From positions 1 to 34,441 of the forward strand of contig CAYOTD010000001.1 of NCBI GenBank assembly GCA_964406685.1: DNA of 34,441 nt, read 5' to 3'. The first letter of the stretch is position 1; the number at the start of each line of letters is the position of its first letter. This DNA is from an uncultured Solibacteraceae bacterium (lineage in GTDB: Bacteria; Acidobacteriota; Terriglobia; Bryobacterales; Bryobacteraceae). A program made the translations under genes and the position numbers. The notes under the pieces are model-generated. The model worked only from the letters and a program-made list of their open reading frames with translations, ran no database searches and was not told the origin of the DNA. Below, piece after piece: positions 1 to 8,321 of this stretch.

Positions 1-476
1 TGGCCGAAGAAGCCGGCCACCGCGCCGCCGGCGATGGTGCCGGCGTAGACGCTCGACTGGTGAAGGCCCATGGCGCGCGAGCGGGTGTCGCGGCCGTGGT
101 AGTCGGCCAGCAGCGACATCGAGGCAGGGTAATAGAAGGTCTCGCCCAGCCCCTCCAGCGCGCGGAACAGCACCAGGTGCCAGTACTGGGTCGACAGCGC
201 CGTGGCGATGGTGACCAGCGACCAGAAGATCATGCCGCCCAGGATGAGCGCCTTGCGGTTGACGCGGTCGCCCACCAGCCCGGCCAGCGGCGCGCCAAAG
301 GCGTAGACCAGCATGAACGACGAGCCGACCACGCCCAACTGAACGTCGCTCAACCCCATCTCCGCTTTGAGCAGCGGAAACACCGAGAAGATCGCCTGCC
401 GGTCCGCGTAGTTGAAAAAGCACACGAACCACAGCATGGCGACGACCCACCACTTGTAGTGCCGTCCGAAGATCAT
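1..476 (-). CDS. MFS transporter (anion:cation symporter/ACS-like), N-terminal part; the gene runs off the left edge
   Basis: Absent from the ORF track because there is no stop in the window. The reverse-strand ATG at 476..474 reads MIFGRHYKWWVVAMLWFVCFFNYADRQAIFSVFPLLKAEMGLSDVQLGVVGSSFMLVYAFGAPLAGLVGDRVNRKALILGG... It shows a TM-helix pattern, the NYxDRQ motif and a GDRxxRK loop, all typical of MFS/ACS. It is a clear paralogue of 12300..13502. GGAG lies 7 nt upstream of the ATG. Confidence 0.8.
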   Translation of the reverse strand, partial: MIFGRHYKWWVVAMLWFVCFFNYADRQAIFSVFPLLKAEMGLSDVQLGVVGSSFMLVYAFGAPLAGLVGDRVNRKALILGGMIFWSLVTIATALSTQYWHLVLFRALEGLGETFYYPASMSLLADYHGRDTRSRAMGLHQSSVYAGTIAGGAVAGFFG

Positions 477-488
477 AGGCAATCTCCG

Positions 489-494
489 ATTATA
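489..494 (-). promoter_or_regulatory. Perfect TATAAT hexamer overlapping the JAMM stop codon, 12 nt upstream of the MFS ATG (possible internal promoter)
   Basis: The reverse strand reads CTATAATCGGAGATTGCCTATG. A perfect -10 consensus is rare in this GC-rich DNA. No convincing -35 was found. Confidence 0.25.
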
Positions 495-903
495 GCGGCC
501 GGTCGAGCTCGACCTGGATGGCGGCGGTCTGCGCCGCGTTCGGCTGCCAGCAGGCGGCGCCGGTGAACACGCCTTCACGGACCGACAGCACCAGGAAGGC
601 ATACCACGGGCAGCAGTTCTTGAGGTCCGCCTCGGAGAAGCCGGCCTCGCCGTCGGGATGGGAGTGATAGATGCCCGTGATCTTGAGGCCGCGCTCGCGC
701 GCTTCGCGGGTGGCCGCGAGCAACTCCTCGGGCAGGATCGCGTAGCGCTTGCGGCGCAATTCGGCCGCGTTGACCAGCGGCACGGCCAGGCGCACTTCGC
801 CGCCCGCGCCCAGCATCGCGCCGCAGCATTCTTCCGGATAGGCGGCGACGGCGTGGGCCAGCATGGCGTCCCAGGCCTGGCGCGCGATGCGGAGGGCGCT
901 CAT
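490..903 (-). CDS. Stand-alone JAMM/MPN+ (Mov34) metalloprotease, 137 aa
   Basis: Uses the internal ATG (903) of ORF 490..1164; the upstream part of that ORF overlaps trmJ out of frame. Complete JAMM signature: E in YPEECCG, then H-S-H-x7-S-x2-D (HSHPDGEAGFSEAD, codons at 625..666). There is a 4-nt ATGA overlap with the trmJ stop. Confidence 0.85.
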   Translation of the reverse strand: MSALRIARQAWDAMLAHAVAAYPEECCGAMLGAGGEVRLAVPLVNAAELRRKRYAILPEELLAATREARERGLKITGIYHSHPDGEAGFSEADLKNCCPWYAFLVLSVREGVFTGAACWQPNAAQTAAIQVELDRPL

Positions 904-1544
904 TTCGCGGTCGACTTCCACAGCGCCTGGCGCAGGATGCCAAGCCAGGTTTCGACGTCGCGCTCGGGCAGGTTGAGACGGCGCACCATGCGACGGACCT
1001 TGAGCGCGGTCGAGGCGGCGGTCTTGGGGTTGGTGTAGCCGCTGGCGCCGAGCAACTCGATCAGCAGCGCGGTGACCCGCTCGACCTCGCCCGCCGCGGC
1101 CAGCGCCACCGGCTTGGGTTTCACGCCGGCCGCCTTGGGGTTGCGGCTCAGCTCGAAGAGGCACACCGCCACGGCCTGGCCCAGGTTCATCGAGGCGTGG
1201 GCGTCGCGGGTCGGGATGCGCACCAGCCAGTGGCAGTGGGCGAGGTCCTCGTTCGACAGGCCGAACTTCTCGCAGCCGAACAGCAGCGCGGCGCGGCCGC
1301 CGGCCAGGTGACGCCGCAGCAGGCGCCCGCCGTACTCCAGGCGGCGCAGCGGGTGGTGCAGCTCGCGGTGGCCGATCGAGGTGGTGCCGACCACCAGGGT
1401 GCAGTCGGCGACCGCGTTGTCCAGGGAGGAGAAGACCTCGGCCGCCTCCAGCACCGCGGCCGCGCCCACCGCCGACCGGGCTTCGCGCCAGGCCACGTCG
1501 TAGGGACTCACCAGCCTGAGCCGCGTGAAGCCGAAATTGCTCAT
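900..1544 (-). CDS. trmJ: SpoU/TrmH-family RNA 2'-O-methyltransferase, TrmJ-like; the true start is probably upstream of the first ATG
   Basis: SPOUT motifs are present: LLFGCEKFGLSNEDLAHCHWLVRIPT and SMNLGQAVAVCLFEL. The conserved N-terminal strand and motif IVLVAPRNPLNIGAAARA is encoded in frame at 1545..1598, upstream of the first ATG, with no ATG, GTG or TTG available (see finding). Confidence 0.8.
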   Translation of the reverse strand: MSNFGFTRLRLVSPYDVAWREARSAVGAAAVLEAAEVFSSLDNAVADCTLVVGTTSIGHRELHHPLRRLEYGGRLLRRHLAGGRAALLFGCEKFGLSNEDLAHCHWLVRIPTRDAHASMNLGQAVAVCLFELSRNPKAAGVKPKPVALAAAGEVERVTALLIELLGASGYTNPKTAASTALKVRRMVRRLNLPERDVETWLGILRQALWKSTAK

Positions 1545-1615
1545 GGCCCGCGCGGCGGCGCCGATGTTCAGCGGGTTGCGCGGGGCGACGAGAACGATGC
1601 TGAGCCGGTCCGGGT

Positions 1616-2659
1616 CTACCGCAGCTCCTCCATGATCTGATCCAGCGCCTGTTTCGGCGGCCGGGTCACGGACTCGGGAAGCAGTGCCAGCGGCTCCCCG
1701 GTCAGGTTCAGCATCTCGACCAGATTGCGCTCCTGCGGGCTGACGTAGAGCAGTCCGGTGAGCACTTCGTGCGCGCGCTGCGCTTCATGAATGGCGCGCA
1801 CGGCGTTCAGCTTGTCCGTGGGGTCGTAATCACGGTCGATCTTACGCAGCCGGATGTGCGAGCCGTCGTGCAGCTCGACGTCGCGCACTTCGCCCTCGGC
1901 CATCTCCAGCGAGATGTCTTCGAACGCGGGCACGAAGCTCAGATCGTGCAGCGCCAGGTCGTGCTCCTTCATGTAGGCGTAGGACTTGGTTGAACCCTCG
2001 TGATCGTTGAAAGTCACGCACGGCGAGATGACGTCGATCACCGACAGGCCCTTGTGCGCGATGGCGGCTTTGAGGATCGCCTGCAACTGCTTCTTGTCGC
2101 CGGAAAACGAGCGCGCCACCAGGGTCGCGCCCATCTCGATGCCCAGCAGGCAGCAGTCGATGGCCGGCATGTCGTTGACCACGCCGGTCTTCAACTTCGA
2201 GCCCAGGTCGGCGGTGGCGGAGAACTGGCCTTTGGTCAGCCCGTAGACGCCGTTGTCCTCGATGATGTAGACGAGAGGCACGTTGCGCCGCAGCATGTGC
2301 ATGAACTGGCCCAGCCCGATGGAGGCGGTGTCGCCGTCGCCCGAGACGACGATGCCCAGCAGGTTGCGGTTGGCCAGCATGGCGCCGGTGGCCACGGCCG
2401 GAGCGCGGCCGTGGACGGCGTTGAAACCGTGCGCGGCGCTCAAGAAGTAAGCCGGCGATTTGGACGAGCAGCCGATGCCGCTGAACTTGGCCACGCTTCG
2501 CGGCTCGACGCCCATCTCGTAGAAGCACTCGATGATGCGCTCGGAGATGGCGTTGTGGCCGCAGCCGGCGCACAGCGTCGATTTGGCGCCCTTGTAGTTG
2601 ACGATCTCCAGGCCGAGGCGGTTCACCTTCTTGGGCGGGGGCGTCACGGTGGCGCTCAT
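1616..2659 (-). CDS. korB: 2-oxoacid (2-oxoglutarate-type):ferredoxin oxidoreductase, beta (TPP-binding) subunit
   Basis: Uses the internal ATG at 2659 of ORF 1616..3385; the rest of that ORF overlaps korA out of frame. Motifs: CAGCGH, GIGCSS, VVSGDGDTASIG (TPP GDG motif) and IIEDNGVYGLTKGQ. ATGA overlap with the korA stop. Substrate specificity cannot be fixed from sequence alone. Confidence 0.88.
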   Translation of the reverse strand: MSATVTPPPKKVNRLGLEIVNYKGAKSTLCAGCGHNAISERIIECFYEMGVEPRSVAKFSGIGCSSKSPAYFLSAAHGFNAVHGRAPAVATGAMLANRNLLGIVVSGDGDTASIGLGQFMHMLRRNVPLVYIIEDNGVYGLTKGQFSATADLGSKLKTGVVNDMPAIDCCLLGIEMGATLVARSFSGDKKQLQAILKAAIAHKGLSVIDVISPCVTFNDHEGSTKSYAYMKEHDLALHDLSFVPAFEDISLEMAEGEVRDVELHDGSHIRLRKIDRDYDPTDKLNAVRAIHEAQRAHEVLTGLLYVSPQERNLVEMLNLTGEPLALLPESVTRPPKQALDQIMEELR

Positions 2660-4500
2660 AGTTCCTCCTGGCGGACGATTTCGTCCGTAACCGTGCGGGC
2701 GTCCAGCGGCAGGCCGCCGTAGTAGCGTACGCTGCGCAGCCGGGCGATTTCGTCGGGGGACATCTCCAGCCGCATCAGGGCCAGCATCTGCGCGTCGCGG
2801 TTCTGGTCTATGACATAGACGCGCGCGTGGCGCGTCACGAACTCGCTCAACTCCGGCCCAAAGGGATATGCTTTCAGCCGCAGGTGGCTGGTCTCCAGGC
2901 CGTACTCTTTCCGCAGTTGGTTGCGGCTCTCCTCGGCGGCATAGAGCGAGGTCCCGTAGCTGATGATTCCGATCGACGCCGCCGGGTTGACATCCATGTC
3001 CGGCGCCGGCACGTGACCGCGCATGGTCTCGAACTTGCGCTCCAGGCGGTCGACGTTGTTCATGTAGTCGTCTTCGCGCTCGCTGTACTGCGCCTTCTCG
3101 TTGTGCCCGCTGCCGCGCGCGAAATAACCGGCGGCGGGGTGGCTGGCGCCGGGCAGCGTCCGGTAGCCGACGCCGTCGCCGTCGACGTCCTTGTAACGCG
3201 CGAACCCGCCCAGCCGGTCCAGATCCTCGGAGGTCAGCACCTTGCCGCGGTTGAGCGGCCTGGAGGGGTAGGGGAACGGCTCCGACATCCAGTTGTTCAT
3301 GCCCAGGTCGAGATCCATCATGACGAAGACCGGGCACTGGAACTGCTCGGCCAGGTCGAAGGCCTCCATCGCCATGGTGAAACACTCGCGCGGGGAGGCG
3401 GGGAAGTACATTGGATGGCGCGTGTCGCCGTGCGACAACAGCGCGGTGCTCAGCACGTCTCCCTGCGCGGTGCGGGTGGGCAGGCCGGTCGACGGCCCGA
3501 CGCGCTGCACGTCGAAGACCACGGCCGGGGCCTCGACGTAGTAGGCCAGGCCGGTGAATTCCGCCATCAGCGAGATGCCGGGGCCGGAGGTGGCGGTGCA
3601 GGCGCGCGCGCCCGCCCAGCCGGCGCCGATCACCATGCCGAGGGCGGCCAGTTCGTCTTCGGCCTGCACCACGGCGAAGGTGGCCTTGCCGGTCTGCTGG
3701 TCGACGCGGTAGCGCTTCAGGTAGGCCGACAGCGCGTCGATCAGCGAGGAGGAGGGGGTGATCGGATACCAGGGAACCACGGTGACGCCGGCGAACAGGC
3801 AGCCGAGCGCGGCGGCGGCGTTGCCCTCGATGATGATCTTGCCGGCCGTCTGATCCATCCGCTCGACGCGGTACGGGCCGGTCTTGGGAAGGCTCTTTTC
3901 GGCGAACTCGCGCCCGGCCTGAACGGCGTTCCAGTTCAGGTCGGCGGCCTTCGCCTTGCGCGCGCCGAACTGTTTGTAGAGCGCCTTGCGGATCTCTTCC
4001 GGATCGATGCCGAGCAACTGCGCCAGGATGCCGTCGTAGATCATGTTCCGCACCAGCTTGCGGAGCTTGGCTTCGGGGCAGACCGGGGCCACCAGCTTGT
4101 CGAACGGCACGGGGTAGAAGTGCAGGCCGCCGCGCAGCTCGTTCAGCTTCAGCGGCTCGTCGTAGACGACCATCGTGCCGGGAGCCATTTTGGCCACGTC
4201 GTCGCGGGCCGTCTCCGGGTTCATCGCCACCAGGATGTCGACCTCTTTCTTGCGGCCGATGTAACCGTGGCGGCTGGCGCGGATGGTGAACCAGGTGGGC
4301 AGCCCGGCAATGTTCGAGGGAAACAGGTTCTTGCCCGAAACCGGGATGCCCATCTGAAAGATGGAGCGCATCAGGACGGTGTTGGCGGTCTGGCTTCCGG
4401 AACCGTTGACCGTCGCCACCTGGATGCTGAAATCGTTGGTGATGATCTGCGCCGTTTCGCCCCCCAAAGACGGCGCGGGCGTCACTTCAGTAGTAGACAT
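2656..4500 (-). CDS. korA: 2-oxoacid (2-oxoglutarate-type):ferredoxin oxidoreductase, alpha subunit
   Basis: 614-aa ORF. The N-terminal gamma-like domain has VATVNGSGSQTAN. The pyrimidine-binding domain has WYPITPSS and VVQAEDELAALGMVIGAGWAGARACTATSGPGISLM. It sits immediately upstream of korB and is coupled to it. Confidence 0.9.
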   Translation of the reverse strand: MSTTEVTPAPSLGGETAQIITNDFSIQVATVNGSGSQTANTVLMRSIFQMGIPVSGKNLFPSNIAGLPTWFTIRASRHGYIGRKKEVDILVAMNPETARDDVAKMAPGTMVVYDEPLKLNELRGGLHFYPVPFDKLVAPVCPEAKLRKLVRNMIYDGILAQLLGIDPEEIRKALYKQFGARKAKAADLNWNAVQAGREFAEKSLPKTGPYRVERMDQTAGKIIIEGNAAAALGCLFAGVTVVPWYPITPSSSLIDALSAYLKRYRVDQQTGKATFAVVQAEDELAALGMVIGAGWAGARACTATSGPGISLMAEFTGLAYYVEAPAVVFDVQRVGPSTGLPTRTAQGDVLSTALLSHGDTRHPMYFPASPRECFTMAMEAFDLAEQFQCPVFVMMDLDLGMNNWMSEPFPYPSRPLNRGKVLTSEDLDRLGGFARYKDVDGDGVGYRTLPGASHPAAGYFARGSGHNEKAQYSEREDDYMNNVDRLERKFETMRGHVPAPDMDVNPAASIGIISYGTSLYAAEESRNQLRKEYGLETSHLRLKAYPFGPELSEFVTRHARVYVIDQNRDAQMLALMRLEMSPDEIARLRSVRYYGGLPLDARTVTDEIVRQEEL

Positions 4501-4539
4501 GGATTGCGCGCGGGCACCAGCCCCTTCTCCTGGTTACCA

Positions 4540-4545
4540 ATTATA
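4540..4545 (-). promoter_or_regulatory. Perfect TATAAT hexamer in the speA-korA intergenic region (candidate korAB promoter -10)
   Basis: The reverse strand reads CCCATATAATTGGTAACCAGGAGAAGGGG...CAATCCATG, and the hexamer ends 39 nt upstream of the korA ATG. There is no good -35. Confidence 0.3.
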
Positions 4546-4591
4546 TGGGATGCGCCGCCGTGCCCGCGCGCTTCAAGACCGGGCTCTCCCT

Positions 4592-6559
4592 CTACCGCTC
4601 GTGCGCGTCTTCGAGATAGGTGTAACCGCTCAGGCCGTCTTCGTAGTAGCGCAGCAGGCGGCCCGATTCCTCGTAGCCGATCTTGCCTTCCCGCACCGCG
4701 CTCTCCACGTCGCGGCGGAACTGGTCCAGCAGCGTGCGGCTGTTGAACTGCACGTAGTCGAGGACCTCGCGCACGGTGTCGCCCTGGATCACGGTGTCCA
4801 GGATCACCTCGCCGTTGTCGCCCAGGCTGACGTGGACGGCGTTGGTGTCGCCGAACAGGTTGTGCAGGTCGCCCAGGATCTCCTGGTAGGCACCCACCAG
4901 GAACGCGCCCAGGTAGTAGGGGTTGCCGTTGAAGGGGTGCAGCGGCAGGGTCTTCTTCACGTCGCGGCGGTCGATGAACTGGTCGACCTTGCCGTCGGAA
5001 TCGCAGGAGACGTCGCCCAGGATGCCGTGCCGCGACGGCGGTTCCTCCAGCCGGTGGATCGGCAGGATGGGGAACAGTTGTTTGACGGCCCAACTGTCGG
5101 GCATGCTCTGGAACAGGGAGAAGTTGCAGAAGTAGGTATCCGACAGCATGCCCTCCAGGCCCTCGAGCTCTTCCGGGAAGTACTCGAGGTCCTTCGCCAT
5201 CCGCTGAATCCGGCGGCAGATGGCCCAGTACAGGTTCTCCGCCATGCTGCGCTGGGCGAGGGAGAGGTAGCCCAGGCTGAACAGGTTCAACGCCGAATCC
5301 AGGGCCTGCTGGGCGTCGTGGAAGCTCTCCAGCAGGTTCTTCGCCGACAGGCCGCGGAAGGTCTCCAGCAGGTCGACCAGGGGTTGTTCGGCGTCGTCGG
5401 GGAGTTCTTCGGGGATGTCCTCCTCGCCGAAGCCGCTGACGCCCAGAACGTTGAACACCAGCGCGCTGTGGTAGGCGGCGATGGCGCGCCCGCTCTCGCT
5501 GACGATGGTGGGGTGCGGCACCTCGGCTTCGTCGCAGATGCTCTGGAGGTGATAGACGATGTCGTTGGCGTACTCTTGCAGCGTGTAGTTCACGCTGGAT
5601 TCGAAGTCGGTCTGCGAGCCGTCGTAATCGATGCCCAGCCCGCCGCCGACGTCCATGTACTTCAGTCCCGCGCCCGCCCGCTTGAGATCGGCGTAGATGC
5701 GGGCCGATTCGATCACCGCCGCCTTGATCTGCCGGATGTTGGTGATCTGGCTGCCCAGGTGGAAATGCAGCAGCTCGAGGCAGTCCTCCATGCCGAGGGA
5801 CTTCAGGTATTTCAGCGCCCGCAGCGCCTCGGTGACCGTGAGGCCGAACTTCGAGCGGTAGCCGCCGGAGGACTTCCACCGACCCGAGCCGCGGCTGGCA
5901 AGCTTCACGCGCAGGCCGATGGAAGGCCGCAAGCCCACCCGCCCGGCGTACTTCACGACGAGATCGAGCTCGGTGTACTTCTCCACCACGGGGATGATCC
6001 GCCGGCCGATCTTGGCGGCCAGCATCGCCATCTCGATGAACTCGTCGTCCTTGAAGCCGTTGCAGATGATGGGGGTCGCGTTGTCGGCCACCGCGAGGAC
6101 CGCCAGCAGCTCGGGCTTGGAGCCCGCCTCCAGTCCGAAGCCGTAGGGGCGGCCGAACTGGAAGACTTCTTCCACCACCTGCCGCTGCTGGTTCACCTTG
6201 ATGGGATAGACGCAGCAGTAGCCGCCCTTGTAGCCGTGGTCGGAAATGGCGCTGTCAAACGCCTGGTGGACTTCCGCCACGCGGTGCTTCAGGATCTCGG
6301 CGAAGCGGATCAGGATCGGCAGGTTGATGCCGCGCAGGATGAGCGTGTCGACGAGTTCCTTCAGATCGATCCAGCGGCTCATCTCCTTGGTGGGGTGCAC
6401 CAGCAGGTGGCCGTTCTCGCCCACCGAGAAGTAGCCTTTGCCCCAACTGGCCACGTCGTACAACTCCGCCGCGTCGCCGACGGTCCAGCGGTCGGAAGGC
6501 TCGCGCACAACCACACCATCGCTCAATTTCGACTTCAAATCGGGTTCCTCACGATCCAA
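4592..6559 (-). CDS. speA: Biosynthetic arginine decarboxylase (PLP-dependent)
   Basis: 655-aa ORF with SpeA-type blocks: WGKGYFSVGENGHLLVHP, YCCVYPIKVNQQ (PLP lysine), HFHLGSQI, MDVGGGLGIDYDGS, ESGRAIAAYHS, CDSDGK. The start codon at 6559 is TTG. An alternative in-frame TTG at 6538 has a better-spaced GAGGAA. Confidence 0.9.
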   Translation of the reverse strand: MDREEPDLKSKLSDGVVVREPSDRWTVGDAAELYDVASWGKGYFSVGENGHLLVHPTKEMSRWIDLKELVDTLILRGINLPILIRFAEILKHRVAEVHQAFDSAISDHGYKGGYCCVYPIKVNQQRQVVEEVFQFGRPYGFGLEAGSKPELLAVLAVADNATPIICNGFKDDEFIEMAMLAAKIGRRIIPVVEKYTELDLVVKYAGRVGLRPSIGLRVKLASRGSGRWKSSGGYRSKFGLTVTEALRALKYLKSLGMEDCLELLHFHLGSQITNIRQIKAAVIESARIYADLKRAGAGLKYMDVGGGLGIDYDGSQTDFESSVNYTLQEYANDIVYHLQSICDEAEVPHPTIVSESGRAIAAYHSALVFNVLGVSGFGEEDIPEELPDDAEQPLVDLLETFRGLSAKNLLESFHDAQQALDSALNLFSLGYLSLAQRSMAENLYWAICRRIQRMAKDLEYFPEELEGLEGMLSDTYFCNFSLFQSMPDSWAVKQLFPILPIHRLEEPPSRHGILGDVSCDSDGKVDQFIDRRDVKKTLPLHPFNGNPYYLGAFLVGAYQEILGDLHNLFGDTNAVHVSLGDNGEVILDTVIQGDTVREVLDYVQFNSRTLLDQFRRDVESAVREGKIGYEESGRLLRYYEDGLSGYTYLEDAHER

Positions 6560-6616
6560 GTGTCCTTCGAATCGCCCGGCCGGGCAAGTAGTATCCTGGC
6601 GGCGGCGCTCCCGCGC

Positions 6617-7474
6617 TCAGGCGGCCGCCCGCGCGTGCACGCCGCGCAGAAACCGCAGCCCTTCGGAGGCCAACTGCTCGGGCGTGTCGGCCAGCTTGCG
6701 CCAGATGCAGCACAGCTTCGCGATCTTCTCCATGTTGGGGTCGAACGACTCGATGGTGACGCAGCCGTCGTACCCGATCTGTTTCAGCGCGCCGAAGAAC
6801 TCGGCCCACGGCACCATCCCGGTGCCGGGAATGCCGCGCTGGTTCTCACAGGCATGGACGTAGCCCAGGTGGGCGCCGGTTTCCAGAACCGCGCGGGCGA
6901 AGCTCTCCTCCTCGCGGATCATGTGGAAGGTGTCCAGGTGGACGCGGATATTGGGCGTGCCCACTTCCCGGATGAAACGGACCGCGTCGGCCGCAATGTT
7001 GATGAAATGCGATTCGAAGCGGTTCACCGGCTCGATGCCGAGGATCAGTCCGGGCGCCGCGCTTAACGCATACGAGGCGATCTCCCGGTAACCCTCCACC
7101 GCCCAGTTCCACTCCTGCTGGGTTCGCGGGCGGCCGCTCAAGTAGCCCCAGCCGCAGTAGATCATGCCGCCGAAGACCCGCGCGCCGGCCTCGGCGCTCA
7201 AGTCGATCAGGTGCCTGGAGAAATCGATGCCGCGCCGGCGCACCGCCGCGTCGGGCGAGATGATGTTGTATTCCAGCGGCATGCCGTAGCCGGTGTTGAT
7301 CACCAGGCCCAGGTCGCGCGCGGCGGCCTTGACCTTCGCCGCCGGAAAGTGGTCCGGGTCGAAGGGGATGATCTCGACGGCGTCAAAGCCCATCGCCTTG
7401 CACTTGTCCAGCAGCGGCAGGTCGTTTTCCAGAAACGTCTCACGGAACAGGAGCGAGTGGATTCCAAACAGCAT
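6617..7474 (-). CDS. Xylose-isomerase-like TIM-barrel protein, ketose 3-epimerase (D-tagatose/D-psicose 3-epimerase)-like
   Basis: 285 aa. The blocks GIEPVNRFESHFIN, VHLDTFHMIREE, LGYVHACENQRGIPGTG and GYDGCVTIESF line up with the metal-ligand blocks (E, D, H, E) of the DTE/DPE family as I recall them. Confidence 0.75.
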   Translation of the reverse strand: MLFGIHSLLFRETFLENDLPLLDKCKAMGFDAVEIIPFDPDHFPAAKVKAAARDLGLVINTGYGMPLEYNIISPDAAVRRRGIDFSRHLIDLSAEAGARVFGGMIYCGWGYLSGRPRTQQEWNWAVEGYREIASYALSAAPGLILGIEPVNRFESHFINIAADAVRFIREVGTPNIRVHLDTFHMIREEESFARAVLETGAHLGYVHACENQRGIPGTGMVPWAEFFGALKQIGYDGCVTIESFDPNMEKIAKLCCIWRKLADTPEQLASEGLRFLRGVHARAAA

Positions 7475-7544
7475 CAGTCACCTTCCCTCGGAATGCTACC
7501 ACCATCGCGGCCGCCGCGGGGCGCCCGGCCGGGTCCGGACACGT

Positions 7545-7550
7545 TAGAAT
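7545..7550 (+). promoter_or_regulatory. -10-like TAGAAT exactly 7 nt upstream of the SDR ATG (candidate leaderless promoter)
   Basis: The sequence is acgtTAGAATcgatctcATG, with no Shine-Dalgarno-like purine run before the ATG. Confidence 0.35.
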
Positions 7551-7557
7551 CGATCTC

Positions 7558-8319
7558 ATGCTTGACGGAAAGAAGGCGCTGGTCACCGGCGCCAGCAAGG
7601 GAGTCGGAAAGGGAATCGCGCTTGCCTTGGCGCGCGCCGGCTGTGACGTGGCGGTGAACTACAACTCGGATGCGGCGGGCGCCGCCGCGGTGGTGGAGGA
7701 GATCGTCGCCATGGGCCGCGCCGCCTTCGCGGTTCCGGCCAACGTCGGGCTGTCGGCGGAGGTGGATCGCATGTTCGCCGAAGTGCTGGCGCGCTTCTCC
7801 ACGCTCGACATCCTGGTGAACAACGCCGGCGTGCAGACCTGGAAGCCGCTGCTTGAGCTCGAGGAGCGCGAATGGGACCGCGTGCTGAACACCAATCTCA
7901 AGGGCACGTTCCTGTGCACGCAGCGCGCCGCGCGGCACATGAAGGAGCACGGCGGCGGGCGCATCATCAACATCGGTTCCGGCTCGAACAAGTGCCCCTT
8001 CCCGAACCTGGTCGACTACACGGCCAGCAAGGGCGGCATCGAGATGTTCACCCGCGTGGCGGCGGTGGAACTCGGCCGCTACGGGATCACGGTCAACTGC
8101 GCCGCGCCCGGCGCCATCGAGATCGAGCGCACAAAACTGGAAACCGGCGACTACGCTTCGACCTGGGCCGGGCTGACGCCGCTGGGGCGCATCGGCACGC
8201 CGGCCGACGTCGGCGACGTGGTCGTATTCCTGGCCGGCGACGCCGCGCGCTTCGTCACCGGACAAACCATCTGGATCGACGGCGGGCTGTTCACTCGCCC
8301 CGCCTGGCCGTACGCATAA
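7558..8319 (+). CDS. Short-chain dehydrogenase/reductase (classical SDR; glucose-1-dehydrogenase or KduD-like)
   Basis: 253 aa with TGASKGVGKG (TGxxxGxG), NNAG and the YTASK (YxxxK) catalytic motif. Divergent from the epimerase gene, and 2 nt upstream of the sulfatase gene. Confidence 0.9.
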   Translation: MLDGKKALVTGASKGVGKGIALALARAGCDVAVNYNSDAAGAAAVVEEIVAMGRAAFAVPANVGLSAEVDRMFAEVLARFSTLDILVNNAGVQTWKPLLELEEREWDRVLNTNLKGTFLCTQRAARHMKEHGGGRIINIGSGSNKCPFPNLVDYTASKGGIEMFTRVAAVELGRYGITVNCAAPGAIEIERTKLETGDYASTWAGLTPLGRIGTPADVGDVVVFLAGDAARFVTGQTIWIDGGLFTRPAWPYA

Positions 8320-8321
8320 CC

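Noticed and set aside
60-566. A 168-aa plus-strand ORF at the left edge.
   Set aside because: It is antisense to the clearly MFS-like reverse-strand reading frame, it is Arg-rich, and it has no motifs.
2827-7066. Long plus-strand ORFs 2827..4746 (639 aa) and 4361..7066 (901 aa), and the minus-strand out-of-frame ORF 4482..5879, over korA and speA.
   Set aside because: They are antisense or out of frame relative to korA and speA, both of which have strong family signatures. Their sequences are low-complexity.
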